Of a stretch of 64,000 nucleotides of DNA, positions 12,816 to 25,720 are shown piece by piece. The stretch is taken from the NCBI RefSeq assembly GCF_009914755.1, contig NC_060927.1, one strand, 5' to 3'. Both the position numbers and the translations under genes were made by a program. Below the pieces are notes generated by a model that saw only the letters and a program-made list of their open reading frames with translations, ran no database searches and was not told the DNA's origin. Numbering within the stretch: the stretch's first letter is position 1; each line of letters starts with the position of its first letter. Source of the DNA: the human T2T-CHM13v2.0 reference genome, Homo sapiens.

Positions 12816-14814
12816 TTTCCCTTTCCCTTTACTAAATACCTGAGACTCCCTTGGTTTAAAAAGTTTTGTTCAAATTGACTGACTTTTATAGAAATTTCAA
12901 TGTCGTTGTTTTTGACCCATGCAAGAATTTCTAACAGATGAGACTCTATTAATTAATGTGATGATTCTCCTGTAATTGGTCAATAATCTTTACATTTGAA
13001 TAGATTTCAGAACAGTATTAAATATCTTGGGTTGGAGGTTAATTTCTATAAACAGAAATGTATATCCAACAGTGTTGCATTTTAGCTGATCTTGACTATA
13101 AACGAGTGCAATTTGTGTTCATTTCCCATATATCATTGACACTAAATTTTGGAACACTTACATCTGGGTTATGTTTGAGTAACCTTCTGGGAGTATCTCT
13201 CCATAGATTTGGGAATGAAATATCTCCCAAATATAATGCAATTTCAGAATGCCTAGAAACTCACTACGTAGTATATATGCGTATTTAAAAGAAACTGGTC
13301 TCATACATGATAAAAGAAGGTTAATGCTAGACATAATGACTATTGCCACTTGGTAGCAGGGGCCAGAGAGAACAGGAAAAAGATTAAACAAGAGGATTAA
13401 AATTATTTTTCAAGTAAGGCTATACCTCTGTATACGTGCTTAATTACAAAAGGAAATTAGGAGCAAGTGCATGTATATTACTGCATGTATAAACATAGAG
13501 TTTAATCGGTTTGGAGTAACTTAATGACTGCTTGCAATATTTCTGGCGATTTGTTCTAAGCTTTGTGATTTTAAATTGGTTTCTTGAAAATGCTGGATAA
13601 AACATTTGAATTCACACATTGCTTTAGGAATTGATTTGGAGATAATAAAATATAATGAAATGTTTCACCTCAGATGGATCTAATTTATATTTGCTCTGTA
13701 CCCTTTTTTAAAACCTGAATGCAAATAATAAGGACACTGCTAGGATGTTTAGAGGAGCTGTAACTGCAAGTTACTCTTATTTCTTTTTATTGGGTGAACT
13801 CTTTCAAAATTCCATTCTCTCGAGGTGGTAGAGAACAAGGACAAATCCTACAGGGGTTTCCCCTTTTTATCCACAAAAATTATATATGAAATTGAAAGGC
13901 AAGGAGGTAAAAATCTGGCAACTCAGGAAAGAAATGATTATAAAAGTCTAAGAATAGGGACATTTACATTTCGACCACTAAGGAGAAGTTTCATGAGTTC
14001 TCAGATAGTCTCTGATAGTGACAGGACTACATTTGATCAACTATCAAAAGGAGATGATGACAGTCAGTATTACCTGATGTGAAAATGACCTGCAAATGAT
14101 TCTGGAAAAAAATGATAGCTATTCTTCCAAGACAGTCAAGAAGAATAAAGCAAAGGTGTTTATTATCATCCTATTTTTTGATTTATAAATATTATTTTCC
14201 TGATCTGACAATATATACTTGGAAGTATTTAAAAAAAAAGAAGTCTGGGCATATGAAACCACTCGAGGCACATATGGCCCCTTTATGTCAGGGAAAGTAT
14301 CATGGTATTATATTCTTCTTTTTTTCCTTGTTAGCTGGGTATCCATTTCCTGTTGGATTTCTTTAATCCAACTAAGATTTTCAGCTTTCAGGAGTACAGT
14401 CACCCCAAATTTGCTCACTCTCTTTTTGGGATCTTCTTTTGCCATTGTTTTTTCTTTTATAATTGATTAGGTAGTAATAGGACTTAAAAAATAACTCTTG
14501 AATAGATTATAACTCAAGTGTCCCAGAATTTGTGCCCAGATTACCAATCATATGACTGCTAGCAAAGCAGTCTATTTTTTCTTAAACTTTGTTTTCCATT
14601 TCTGTGATTATCCTACATTTTATGAATTTTTTTCATAGGTACCTAATCTTCTCATGCTAATTATTTTCTCTCACCTTCAAGCAAGAAAGACTGTTCCTAA
14701 AAAACTCCTTTCCCAACTCCACCTCCTTTCTGTTTCTTCTCGTTGAAGTTTGCACTTCAATGAGTTTGGGAGTTTATTGCATTATGCATTGCAGCTTTTG
14801 ACATACAAATTTGA

Positions 14815-14925
14815 TCTCCCATTAGCCAGTGACCTCCTTGAAAGCAAGAATGTATGTTATTACTCTTTGTAGCTTAGTTATGTTCATAGCACATAGTAGG
14901 TACTCAATACATGCTAACTTATTTA
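14815..14925 (+). mobile_element. L2 3' end
   Basis: CTCCTTGAAAGCAAGAA...GCACATAGTAGGTACTCAATACATG. Confidence 0.7.
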
Positions 14926-16481
14926 GAATAAGGTGCAATGAGTAATAAAAATCATCCTTTTTATTCCTAATGCATTGCAACAAGTGTAGATGTCCAGAGA
15001 TAAACTTTATACTACAAAAGTATAAATTTTGTTTTGGAGAATTTTGAACATTAGTAAGTATGAAGACAACTTGAGTCTTATTTTTGTCTTTAATCAGAGG
15101 AGCCATTTTGGCATATCGAAAGTCACATCACAAAAATGCCTTCCCTCTTTTCCTACCTCTGAAGACTTTGATGTATTTCTGAGTTTTTTGTTTCCAATCT
15201 CACTTTCCAACAGTTTCATTCTTGGTTATTTGCTGGAAACTTAAAGGGGTAAGGGGTCAGTAATGCATGGGAGTGTGTAGGCAGGTGGGGGGTAGTCTTT
15301 TTTGTTTCTTTTATTTTTATTTGTTCTTTTTTTTTTCCTTTTCCTTCTTTTTTTTTTGGAACAAAGAGCTTTTCCTAGCGCTATTAGGCTTCCTTACTGC
15401 CACCTTTTCCTTTTTAAGGTAGCAGGAAAGATAATAGTAACATGATTTCAGTTTTTAAAAATGAAAGTTCAGAGAGTCTGAGTTGCTTGAACTCACTAAG
15501 AATGAAAAACCAGAATTCTTATCACTTCTCTTCATTTTCCAAATTCGGTACCCTCTTATAGTATAAAACTTTACACAGCATGTCATTGTCTTAGGATATT
15601 TTCTCAGTTACTTAAAGGTCAAGTACACAGAATTAGACGTGATGGAATGGCCTGGTTGAATAACTCTTTATTACGCTGGACTTACTGCTCTTAAAACCTA
15701 AGCAATGTTCATGTCCATCAACAGACTAAGATCTATTTGTCTAAGTTTAAATAGTGTATTAATTTAATTTATTTGTCAACACAGCTGGTCTCTTTAGGTA
15801 TTTTTAAAACATCAGCACAATGATTAAAATAATAATAATCTGTAGAAAGTTAAGATTAAATACATGTCTATGTTAAAATTGGCCATACTTCACAGAACCA
15901 TTTTCATATGCTTAGCACTAGATAAATTTATGTGACAAGAGTAAAATTAGACAATCTATGACGTATGTCATCGAAACATATGTCATCAATTAATAGGCTG
16001 AATTTTCAAGTCCCATTGCTAGAAGACTGTTAATAACTCCTATGCTTTCTTTATTCTTGTAATTTAGGTGAGCATCACCATGTTCAATGATTAGACCTAA
16101 CTCATACTTGAAAACAGAGATCATTGAAAAATTCATATGAATGATACAACTAAATGTACTTCCTTTTTATATGGAAAAACCTCATAATATCTAACAGAGA
16201 TAGATCCACTAGAAGATAGTAACAACAGCAAAGATAGCAGTTATACCACGTAGGGGGGGTCTCTTCTTTACTGAAATCAAGATCTTCTAAAAAGTGAACA
16301 TAACATTTCTTTCTCTATTTCAGTTAGAAATTAGAGGCTGACTTTTCAGATGTGGATGCTGAACCTTGCCAACCTCAGTCAACCAAAGCTATTTTAAACA
16401 TTTTCAGTCTGGCCTATCCACTTGTAACCAAACTTCTTAGGACTTGACACCCATACCCCTACCTCTTGGATCAAGGCTTGA

Positions 16482-16880
<399 letters not shown>

Positions 16881-16974
16881 GAGTGCAATTCTTTAGTTAC
16901 TTCCGATTCCTTTTTCTTTTCTGGATATTTGGCCTTGGTCTTGTTTGGGCAGTCCTATGGCATTCTGTCTCCAC

Positions 16975-17350
16975 AGTATTTAGAACTCTTTTGATTGAAA
17001 TAATGAATGCCCAATTTAGACTAACGTGGAGTAGAGCACATTGCATCCAGGCCCAAGGAATAATTGGTACAGAGACACACAATGCCACCAACATTCTTTC
17101 TCTTGTCTCTGCTTCTCTTTCACTCTATTTCTTTCTTTTCTCAAGTTGCAGACTTGACTTCTCTCTTTTATAGTTATGACAGGAAGTGGTTTTTGAATTC
17201 GTTTCCCCCAAATTCATCACTTCCTTTTAAGAAAGCTGTCAAAGCAAGCAGGAACTTTTGGATCCATTCCAAATTCTCAGAGAAGTGTGATTTGCTTAGC
17301 CTGAGCCAGATGCCCATCCGAAGGCCAATGACTGTAACAAGCAGATGGAG
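16975..17350 (-). mobile_element. Very old MLT1/ERVL-type LTR remnant
   Basis: Motifs such as GATTTGCTTAGCCTGAGCCAGATGCCCATCC...CCAATGACTGT resemble antisense old MLT1 LTRs; subfamily not resolved. Confidence 0.45.
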
Positions 17351-18392
17351 TCACATTATACTCTTAGGGAAGCCCTATAGTAACCATATAGATATAGATG
17401 GTTTTGAGGGGTTGAAGAGTAACTGTAGTTTCCAGACAAAAGATGAGGCAGTCTTAGGGTAGATTCTGTGCCCTTTAGAACAGACCTCTATGACACTTTT
17501 TCTTCTCACTGCTTGCTACATCATTTCCTCAAGAATCACAGGACTTTACAGTCTGTGCCGAAAGCAGCCAAAAACCAGTGGTTTTATGCCATTTTCCCTT
17601 GAATCCCTGCTGGTAAGCTTTTTAACATCTATCTTGCCTTTTGAAAGTGAAATGTTATTTTTTATGTCTTCAGCTCTCATAATTAGCTCAAGAACGTAGC
17701 TTTCTCAGCTAGCATTTTTTTACTCTTTTTAGACAGAACAACAATACCAAGTTTTCTGGATGCCTCTCTGTCTCCATCTGCTTTACCATCTCCCCTTAAT
17801 TGAGGAAAAATTCTAAGTAACCCTGATGGTCATTACTCGGTGTCAGTCTTGCCACTATGTCACAGCCTGTCATAATTACATGATGTCACTCTATGCTAAA
17901 TTCCCCCTCCTAATGAATGCTTCATTATCCAAAAGAGAATATATTATATTAAATCTACATTTTGCAGTTTTGGCATTTTGCTAAAGATTATGCTTTATCT
18001 GGACCTTGAGAATACCAGAGGTTCTTCCCTTTGACTTTGTATGCTTAAGTAGGCCTTGACCTTTCCCTTTTTGAAAACCATTGTTTGATGCTAAAATTTT
18101 AGTCACACTCTAGTTGCCTTCCATGGAGCATTAGGTAAAGCAGAAGTAGCAACACAACCCCAAAACACTAATTTAATAATTGTTGGTGGACTCTAGCTAA
18201 AACGTCTTAACTTGAATTATGATTGGAGGCATGAAAACATGAAGCAACATTTCAGATACTCCTGGAAAATTACACATTTGACTGTAGTAGTTAATAAGCA
18301 TAGAATTAATTATCAGAATTTTCAAGGTATAAGGTCGTCATAAACCAAAGACAGTATTTAGGCATATGTTAACTTTCCAACATACTTTAGTA

Positions 18393-18595
18393 TAGTGGTT
18401 CCCAATTCTGACTGACTATAAGAATTAACTAAATAACTATTTAAAAATACCCAGATTCTTAAACTCTGCCCAAGACCTACTGAATGAGGATCTTTGGGAG
18501 AGGAATTTTATATAATATTTGATTTTGATTTTGAGGAAGAGAGATTTTAATGTTCTCCCAAGTGATAGTGATGCTCAGCTAAACTAGAAATCACT
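18393..18595. mobile_element. MER5-family hAT MITE
   Basis: TAGTGGTTCCCAA...AGACCTACTGAATGAG...CCCAAGTGATAGTGATG...AGAAATCACT. Confidence 0.7.
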
Positions 18596-19189
18596 TATTT
18601 CTATTACAGCTCTACTCTTTCCTTTAAGTGAACTCCAGGAAGTCATTTTGCTCACAGATGTGACACTGGCAGATTAGAAGTACACTTCACTGATAAGTCC
18701 GGAGAGTTACCCATCAATGTGTCCCCATAGTCCCAGCCCAGGCTCTTCTGCCCTCCTCATTCTTCATTAGTTACAATTGACACCTCTTTATAAAAACTAG
18801 GGCCTACTCCAACAAGTTTGAGAAGAAAGAGAATGGCTCGTCCCACACCCCAAATCTGGGCTCATTTGAGAGGGGAGAACCATACTTCCCTCGGCTGTAG
18901 AGTATCCAGGAGATGAAATACGAAAAAGCACTGAGAGGCAGACGCTGCCTGTCTCAGCCTCTTGGACTGTTCTTAGCCCGAACCTCTTGCAATCCTGCCT
19001 GTAGCTTCAGCCCCACCCTACTCCTTAAGACCAACCTAATCTTGGACATGATAGTCTTTACACAACTTCTGGGGCATCACTCCCAGGCTGGAGATATCGT
19101 GACCTGACTCTGGTAACTAGGTTTCAGCATTTCTCTACACGTCAGAGTCTTTATCTCGGCAACCTGCCTGATACCTCGGTTTTCCCAGA

Positions 19190-19385
19190 TCACACTTCTC
19201 AGTGTGGTATGGGACATCCTTCACCAGGATCTTCAAAGGTGCCTATCAAAAAAATGCCAGTAATGAGCTTGCACCCAGACCTATTAAATCAGAATCCTTA
19301 TGGCTGGAGTCCAAGAAGCGTATTTAAAAATAAGTGAACAGTCAAGTTGTTTTACAGAGTCCTCAGCTTCTCTAATCTGGAAATT
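19190..19385. mobile_element. MER5A-like hAT MITE
   Basis: CTTCTCAGTGTGGT...CACCCAGACCTATTAAATCAGAATC. Confidence 0.65.
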
Positions 19386-20986
19386 CTGGAATCCCTTAAT
19401 CTCTTTGTATCTGATATTTCTGATTATTTTCATTATTATTATTATTCTGACTTTTGGAGTAGTGTAATATAGTACAATAGTTGTACATTTCTTTTTTAGC
19501 AGAGCCATTCATAAGATATCACCCCTGAATTTGGCTGGGGGTTGTATTGTGCATATGAAATTTTTGGCTGCAGGACATTCTAGTACTCTACTCAAAAATA
19601 TGTTTTTATTGCATACTGGAGAGATTTAATCATGTTACCAAACATACTCATTCAGAAGCATTACGAAATACAACTCACTCTAATTACTTTTTATCATTAT
19701 TATTGTAATTATTTTATTATTTATTATCCCCATTAAGAACAATTAATATGATATACTACTATCAATCATTTGACTATAATAATAACAGCAACATCTGAAA
19801 TTTTCAAAGCATCTTTTTTAAAAGAGTCCAAATAGAATGAAAAAAAAATGAGTTGTGTCTTTAAAAGTATTTTCTGAGTGTTTTTCTAGTAAGCCACCAC
19901 CATTTACGTATTTATGAGAAACATATTCACATGCACGCTACTTGTGTGATGACAAAATTATTCTCTCAAAGCCGAATACAAATTAGAAAGTCAGGGCAAG
20001 GTCTTTATTTTATATCAGATCCAATAATTGTGAAATACTTTGGCAAGCACTACTAAGAATAAGTGAAATTGTGTTATTGCAAAATAATCAGATCTGACTT
20101 CAGTAAACTCCACTCAGTGATATTTAAGTTGGATGACAAAGCTGAAATTTCTGCAAACTATTATTTGTACCCAGACTGACATGAATTAGAATTAGTAACT
20201 CACAATGGGCATTCAACTATAAGGTACAAACTAGAGGTGATTTATTTAGTGGTTTGAAATCTAGGAAGGAGTTTTATACTTCGACTGTATGTAAAGGCTG
20301 TTTCTGTTTTTACAAATGCTAATTACAAAAAATTATAACATAACTCATCTGAATTGTCACTGAACTGCCTAGGGAAACTCACATAAATTTTCTTCCCTAA
20401 ATAAGTCTGCTAATACAGCATGCAACAATAACAAGGGTAAATAAGACCAATGTTTTCAAATATAAAGGGAGATGGTGGTATTCTTCTAAATTTATTTGAT
20501 GAATTTGATAACATTTCAAATACATCACGAACTAATTTTTTGTGGCTGGATTGCATTTTATTTATATACATAACATTTTTTCTAGATATAATAGTATGTC
20601 ATGCAGATTTTTTTTGAGGAAGTGGAAATGATTCTCCAGTGGAATTGGAAGAATAAGATTTAATTTTGTTATCTTTTATATGCATCATTTTTCTATCCTT
20701 GAGATAATTTTTTTAAATACCTGAGATCTTTTGCAATAGAATTCTTTTCACCCATGTAGGTCAGAGATCCCCACTTCCAGTGACCACATTACTCATAAAT
20801 ATCAATATTATGATAGTTAATTAAAGAGGGAGGCTCTGAAAGGGGAGAGTTTCAGAAAACCTGATATATGTTCAAAGGTCTGCAGGTGCACTATGCGAAT
20901 ATATCCAGGTTGAAAGAAGATGACCATTGCCCCTGCAATGTCAAACCAGCATTCCCTGGTGATGACAGTGGTGGAGACTTCCCTAG

Positions 20987-21120
20987 TCATTCATCTATTC
21001 ATTCCTCAAGTATTAATTGACATCTACCATGTGTAAGGTGCTGTGCTGGATGCAATGGTTATAAAGACAGGAAAGCAGTTTTGCCCCTAAGGAACACACA
21101 CACTAGAGAAGGAAACATAA
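20987..21120 (-). mobile_element. L2 3' fragment
   Basis: CATTCATCTATTCATTC...CTACCATGTGTAAGGTGCTGTGCTGG. Confidence 0.7.
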
Positions 21121-21149
21121 ATTGATACATCAGCGCCAAGTGGAACACA

Positions 21150-21332
21150 CAATATAACATCATGATTGAGTACAGACTTCAGAGCCAGATTGTTTATGTT
21201 TGAATCCCACTGTCATTTACTACGTGACCTTAAGGAATTACTTTATTTCTCTTTCCTCAGCTTCATCATCTGCAAAATGGGGATGCCTACCCTATAGGTT
21301 TATTATAAAAATTACGTAAATTAATGTATGTA
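21150..21332 (+). mobile_element. MIR
   Basis: TTTGAATCCC...GTGACCTT...CCTCAGCTTCATCATCTGCAAAATGGGGAT. Confidence 0.8.
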
Positions 21333-21386
21333 TTAAGTTGAACCATACAAAATTGCTGATTTTGTGGTTATAAAACCATTTGAATA
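21333..21386. mobile_element. MADE2 (Hsmar2 mariner MITE), truncated
   Basis: TTAAGTTGAACCATACAAAATTGC matches the MADE2 terminal inverted repeat; the second TIR is missing. Confidence 0.6.
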
Positions 21387-21505
21387 AACAACATACAAAA
21401 AGTGCTAACCGTGAAAAATTAATAAATTGGAGTTAATTGAATCTAAACACTTTTACTCATCAATAGATAGATGCTTTAAAAGTGTGAAAGGCAAGCCACA
21501 GACTT
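21387..21505 (+). mobile_element. L1M ORF2 fragment
   Basis: AAAAATTAATAAATTGGA...GTGAAAGGCAAGCCACAGACT. Confidence 0.65.
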
Positions 21506-21509
21506 AAGT

Positions 21510-24500
21510 GGTGAAGCATCACTGACAGCCTTGAAAGAAGGTCAAAAGTCTCATGTAATAGAGCTACCAGGACCAGGCAGGGACGATATCCCATGCAATG
21601 TGACTCCCTTCACCCCAAGGCAAACAGGTCAATTTTGGAAGGAGTCTCGTCATACACGCAACAGCAGCCTCTGCATCAGAAACATCAAGTCCTTTACTTT
21701 GTGGTAATCTATGGTGATGGATATGTTTCCATGCCCGTTATGATGATGATGATGGTCAGGTAGCAGCTGTAGCAGTGAAAGTGGTACTGGCTTATTTGGC
21801 AGCTTGATTCCAGTCAGTCTCATCAGAGAACAGCTGTTCACTGTGGTCATCTACACAAGTGACCTACACAGTTGCTTAGCAGCTGTGATTTACTTCCACA
21901 CTTTTCAGTCTCAAAGAGGGGTGTCTTTAACCTGCCAGTCTTAGCTTTCTAAGTGACAATTTAAAGAGCTAGGCTATTGACAACATTACAAGAGTTAGTA
22001 AAAATAAAACAAAGCTCATCAAGGGGAGTATTGCCTAGAGTTCAAAGAGCGACTCTGAGTTCCACTCACTGAGTAGAGGGACCACTTCCATTTTCTGTTC
22101 TTCACAGCTGGTGCTGAGGTTAAACAGCCACAGTCAGCCAGTGCATACCATCAAGTTTTAACTTAGCTAAACTGTCAGTGCCCAAGTTTGTTGAAAAACT
22201 TCTTCCTTCAAAGAGATAGCTGCCACATTTTCATGTAAAGCCAAGTTATAACACTGGTACCATTTCCACTTGACCAAGAAGTTTTATTGGGCCCTTCCTA
22301 TGCCATTACTGAGTTTGAGTTCAGCCCCCAAAATAAGAATATCAAGCTGGAGTCACAAGGCCTCCGTTTTTTAGATGTTCAGATGTCAGATGTCCAGAAA
22401 ACCCCAGAAGAAAACTAATAGCTTCAAAACCTATACCTAGTAGCCCTGTCAGGGAAGCAGCCCCAAGGGGAACCTCCAGATGGAGGGTGCCTCCTTTTTT
22501 TTGCCTGAGGCCTGAGTTGGTGAAATCATCAGTCACAAAGACGTTCAGCACAATAGGGTCATTAGGGCTTTGGGTCTCAAGAGTGGAACACGTGCCATAG
22601 CTTGCACAACTCCCCACACGGCTTCTTGCACTGGGTCTATTCTCAAAAGATGTTGATGTGCAGGTTAGTTGATGTAAAAGACCAAATAGAAAGCCCAAAT
22701 GAGGCATACGCTGTCTCTCTCTTCAATACCCGACAAGTGTAATAAGGTACTCAGCTTCATTTTGGATGGTGGAGGTTTATAGACAGAGCAGTTTTTCTTG
22801 ACTCCCAGAGGGACTGAGCATTGTAAATCTACCCACATGGTTTCAAGAAGCTTTATTTTGTAAGCGTGTCCCTGAGGGCTGTTTATTTATATCAGCAAGC
22901 AGGCCACCACCCTTCAGGTCCCCTCACTGTTGGTGGAGGTTTGGTAACACCACAGTCTAGGCTGTAGTGACCAAGACTTCTGATTCACCAATCAACGGGG
23001 CATTATTGGAATGAAAGCTTTGGGTAGGGCTACTCGTACTAAATCCAGACTGACTCCCTGGTAGAAAAAGACAGTGAGTGACTTACTGGTAGCAAAGGCA
23101 GTGCATCTTGGGGAGCACTTTGTCATAAATGGGAGTTAGGGAGCAATTTATATGTCACACTGCTACTTCTCTACCTGTGGGTCTTCCTGAATTAAAGAGT
23201 CCCCTCTGGAATATATGGAGCAGCAAAACATGTAACACATTGATTCCTCTGCATTCAGATGTAGAAGCAAAAGCAATAGTGCATTAAATTTTTAAAAGGT
23301 CACACCCACAAGACCACCTTAGCTTCCCTTCCCCACTGTAAAACCACCCCACACTCCATTAGCAGAACCCAGGTGGATTTTATTTCCAAGTGTCTGGTAG
23401 GACAGTAACTTGCTTGCCTGTCTCAAATTGAGTTAATGTAGTTTGAGCCCCTTGCTTCCCCAATCTTTGGGTCAGTTTCTTATTATCTAGTAGGTTATCT
23501 TCATCAACACTATTAACCCAATCTAGAACACTAAGTGCCTAAATAATTGTTAATGCCTAATCTGTCGTTTCCCATGTGCTATGATTTGAATTCCAAATTC
23601 ATATGTTGAAGCCCTAACCTCCAGGACCTCTGAATGTGACCTTATTTGAAGACAGGGTATTTATGGAGATAATCAAGTTAAAATCAGCCTATCAGGGGAG
23701 GGTCTAATTTAATGCGACTGCTGTTCTTATAAAAGGGGAAATGTAGACACAGAGGCAAACACACCTGCAGGGACAATGATATAAAGAGACAGGGAGAAGG
23801 CAGCCAACTCTAAGCAAAAGAGAGAGGCATAGAATGGATCCTTCTCTCACAGAACTTGGAAGGAACAACCCTGCCAAAACCTTGATTCTTGGACTTCTTC
23901 TAGTCCCCACAACCATGAAATAATACATTGTTGTTGTTGAAGCCACCCGGTTTGTTGTACCTTGTTACAGCAGTCTTTGCAAAGTAATATATCATGGGAG
24001 CTTGACTTTCTCCAAGAAAATATCCACAAGAGGCCAAAGCTCCCTTATGGTAGCCTAGATCCACTGCAAAAAAAACCTGAGACATTTTACTATTATCCCT
24101 AAATAAATCCAAGATTGGAATAATAGACTGCAGGTGGGAAATAAGCATTAAGAAATACTTTTCTTTAACAAGCATTTCACACCTTGGCCCTCTCATAGCC
24201 CAAGGGAACCAGCCAAACTTCTAACAGTTGATGAAAAGTCCCTTCTCCCAAGGAAGTTGCAGCCACAGCCAGAGCAGCCATTGCTGAACCTATTTTTCAG
24301 TATTCGAGTACCTGTCCTGCACCCACCTTCCCATTTCTGATTAATGGTCAGTAAGGTCACTTATTGCCTAGTTAACACCACATTATTTTGTTCCATGTTT
24401 TCTACTGTTTCCATGTCCCATTAATTGATTCCCAAGGCCTTCATCTTTCCCATTCCAGAAAGCCATGTCTGTAAGCATCCCATCCTCGCCCTTTACATAC

Positions 24501-24600
24501 TTCAGACTCCTATTTGTCTCTGATTGTTTGGTAGACTTATCACCACTTTCTGAACAGATCTCTTTTTCCTCTTCAGTTTTTTAAGCATCTAGCATCCACT
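21510..24600 (-). mobile_element. Degenerate class III (ERVL-type) endogenous retrovirus internal region, gag-pro-pol, split by MLT1B
   Basis: Minus-strand translation gives ordered ERVL Pol motifs: RT thumb/tether PHLGFLFGLLHQLT...SFE and DPIVLNVFV (ORF 22342-22707), GRAQ*NFLVKWKWY (VKWKWY at 22257-22274), RNase H STQ*VELRVA (22048-22077) and FIFTNSCNVVNSLA (21967-22008), and integrase HNGHG and PAWSW*LYY. Many stops and frameshifts. The gag-side boundary is weakly supported. Confidence 0.8.
23577..23991 (+). mobile_element. MLT1B-like solo LTR
   Basis: TGCTATG...CCAAATTCATATGTTGAAGCCCTAACC...TTGTTACAGCAG...TAATATA; imperfect TSD CCATG/TCATG. Confidence 0.88.
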
Positions 24601-25720
24601 TGGATTTGCATTGACTGATACAAGCATGCGTTTTGCTTTGGTCATGACTTTGACGAACTGTTCAGTGTGTAAGTACTGTCTTCCTGTACATAATTGTGCC
24701 CTTGACTCTGGTTTGTAACTCCTTACTGCGTCATAGTCTTACTTAGTCTCTTGATTATACAGTTATAGCAATTATATCCTTTTGTAATTAAAATCTTTGG
24801 TTGACTATATTAGTCTCATCTTAATGATTCTTTCTAAAACAAAGGGATAATAAATAATCACTCTGATACTAATACTATTAATCACGTCTGTATATTATTC
24901 TTAAGTTTTCTTCAAGATCAGATACTATGACATGGGTTATAGATTATTTCCATCATCTTTCTTCTCCTTGCCATGTGAAGATCTATGATAAGCAGTATTT
25001 TAAAATGTGTGTGTGTGTATTTGTGTGTATATTTATATGCATATGTTTTAATTGAATAGCTATTATTTGGTCTAATGTTGTAGCCAGGAGCAGATTTTAT
25101 CTGTTAGATGGACGATGTTGGATAGATGATTATGTTTATTAAAAGATACTAATAGTCACAGTCATGAGCTATTTCTTGAACAGTTTCATGCTCTATATTA
25201 ATTACAATTTTTATTTTGAAATAATTGCAGATTCACATACAATTGTCTACCCTTTGCTCAATTTCACCCAGTGGTAACATTTCTCCGAGATATAATACAA
25301 TATTATACCTAGGATCTTGGTGTTGATACAGTCAAGATACAGAACAGTTTTATCACCACAGAAATCCCTCATGCTGCTCTTTACGTTCACATCCACCTCT
25401 TTTCTGCCCTGCCCATGCCCTGGCAACCACTAATCTCTTCTTTTCTATAATTTTGTCCCTTCAAGAATGTTATGTAAAGGGAATCATATAGTATGTAGCC
25501 TTTTAGATTTGGCTTTTTTTTTTTTTCATTCAGAGTAATTCTGGAAATTCGCCCAAATTGTTACATGTATCAATAGTTTGTTCCTTTTTATTGTTGAGTA
25601 ATAATCCATGGCTGGATATGGTGGTTTGCTTAACCATTCAATCTTCGAAGGATATCTGAGTTATTTCCAGTTTTATGGCTACTATGAATAAAGTTACTGT
25701 GAAGATTCATGTGCAGATTT

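Noticed and set aside
13825-14082. 85-aa hydrophilic ORF in unique sequence
   Set aside because: GTG start, no recognisable domain or clear splice sites, and length within chance expectation; PhyloCSF or BLASTp would be needed.
15246-15292. Possible G-quadruplex
   Set aside because: Loops of 12-15 nt between the G runs make a stable G4 unlikely.
22342-22707. 121-aa ORF as a functional gene
   Set aside because: It is a fragment of the frameshifted ERVL pol fossil; neighbouring catalytic motifs contain stops.
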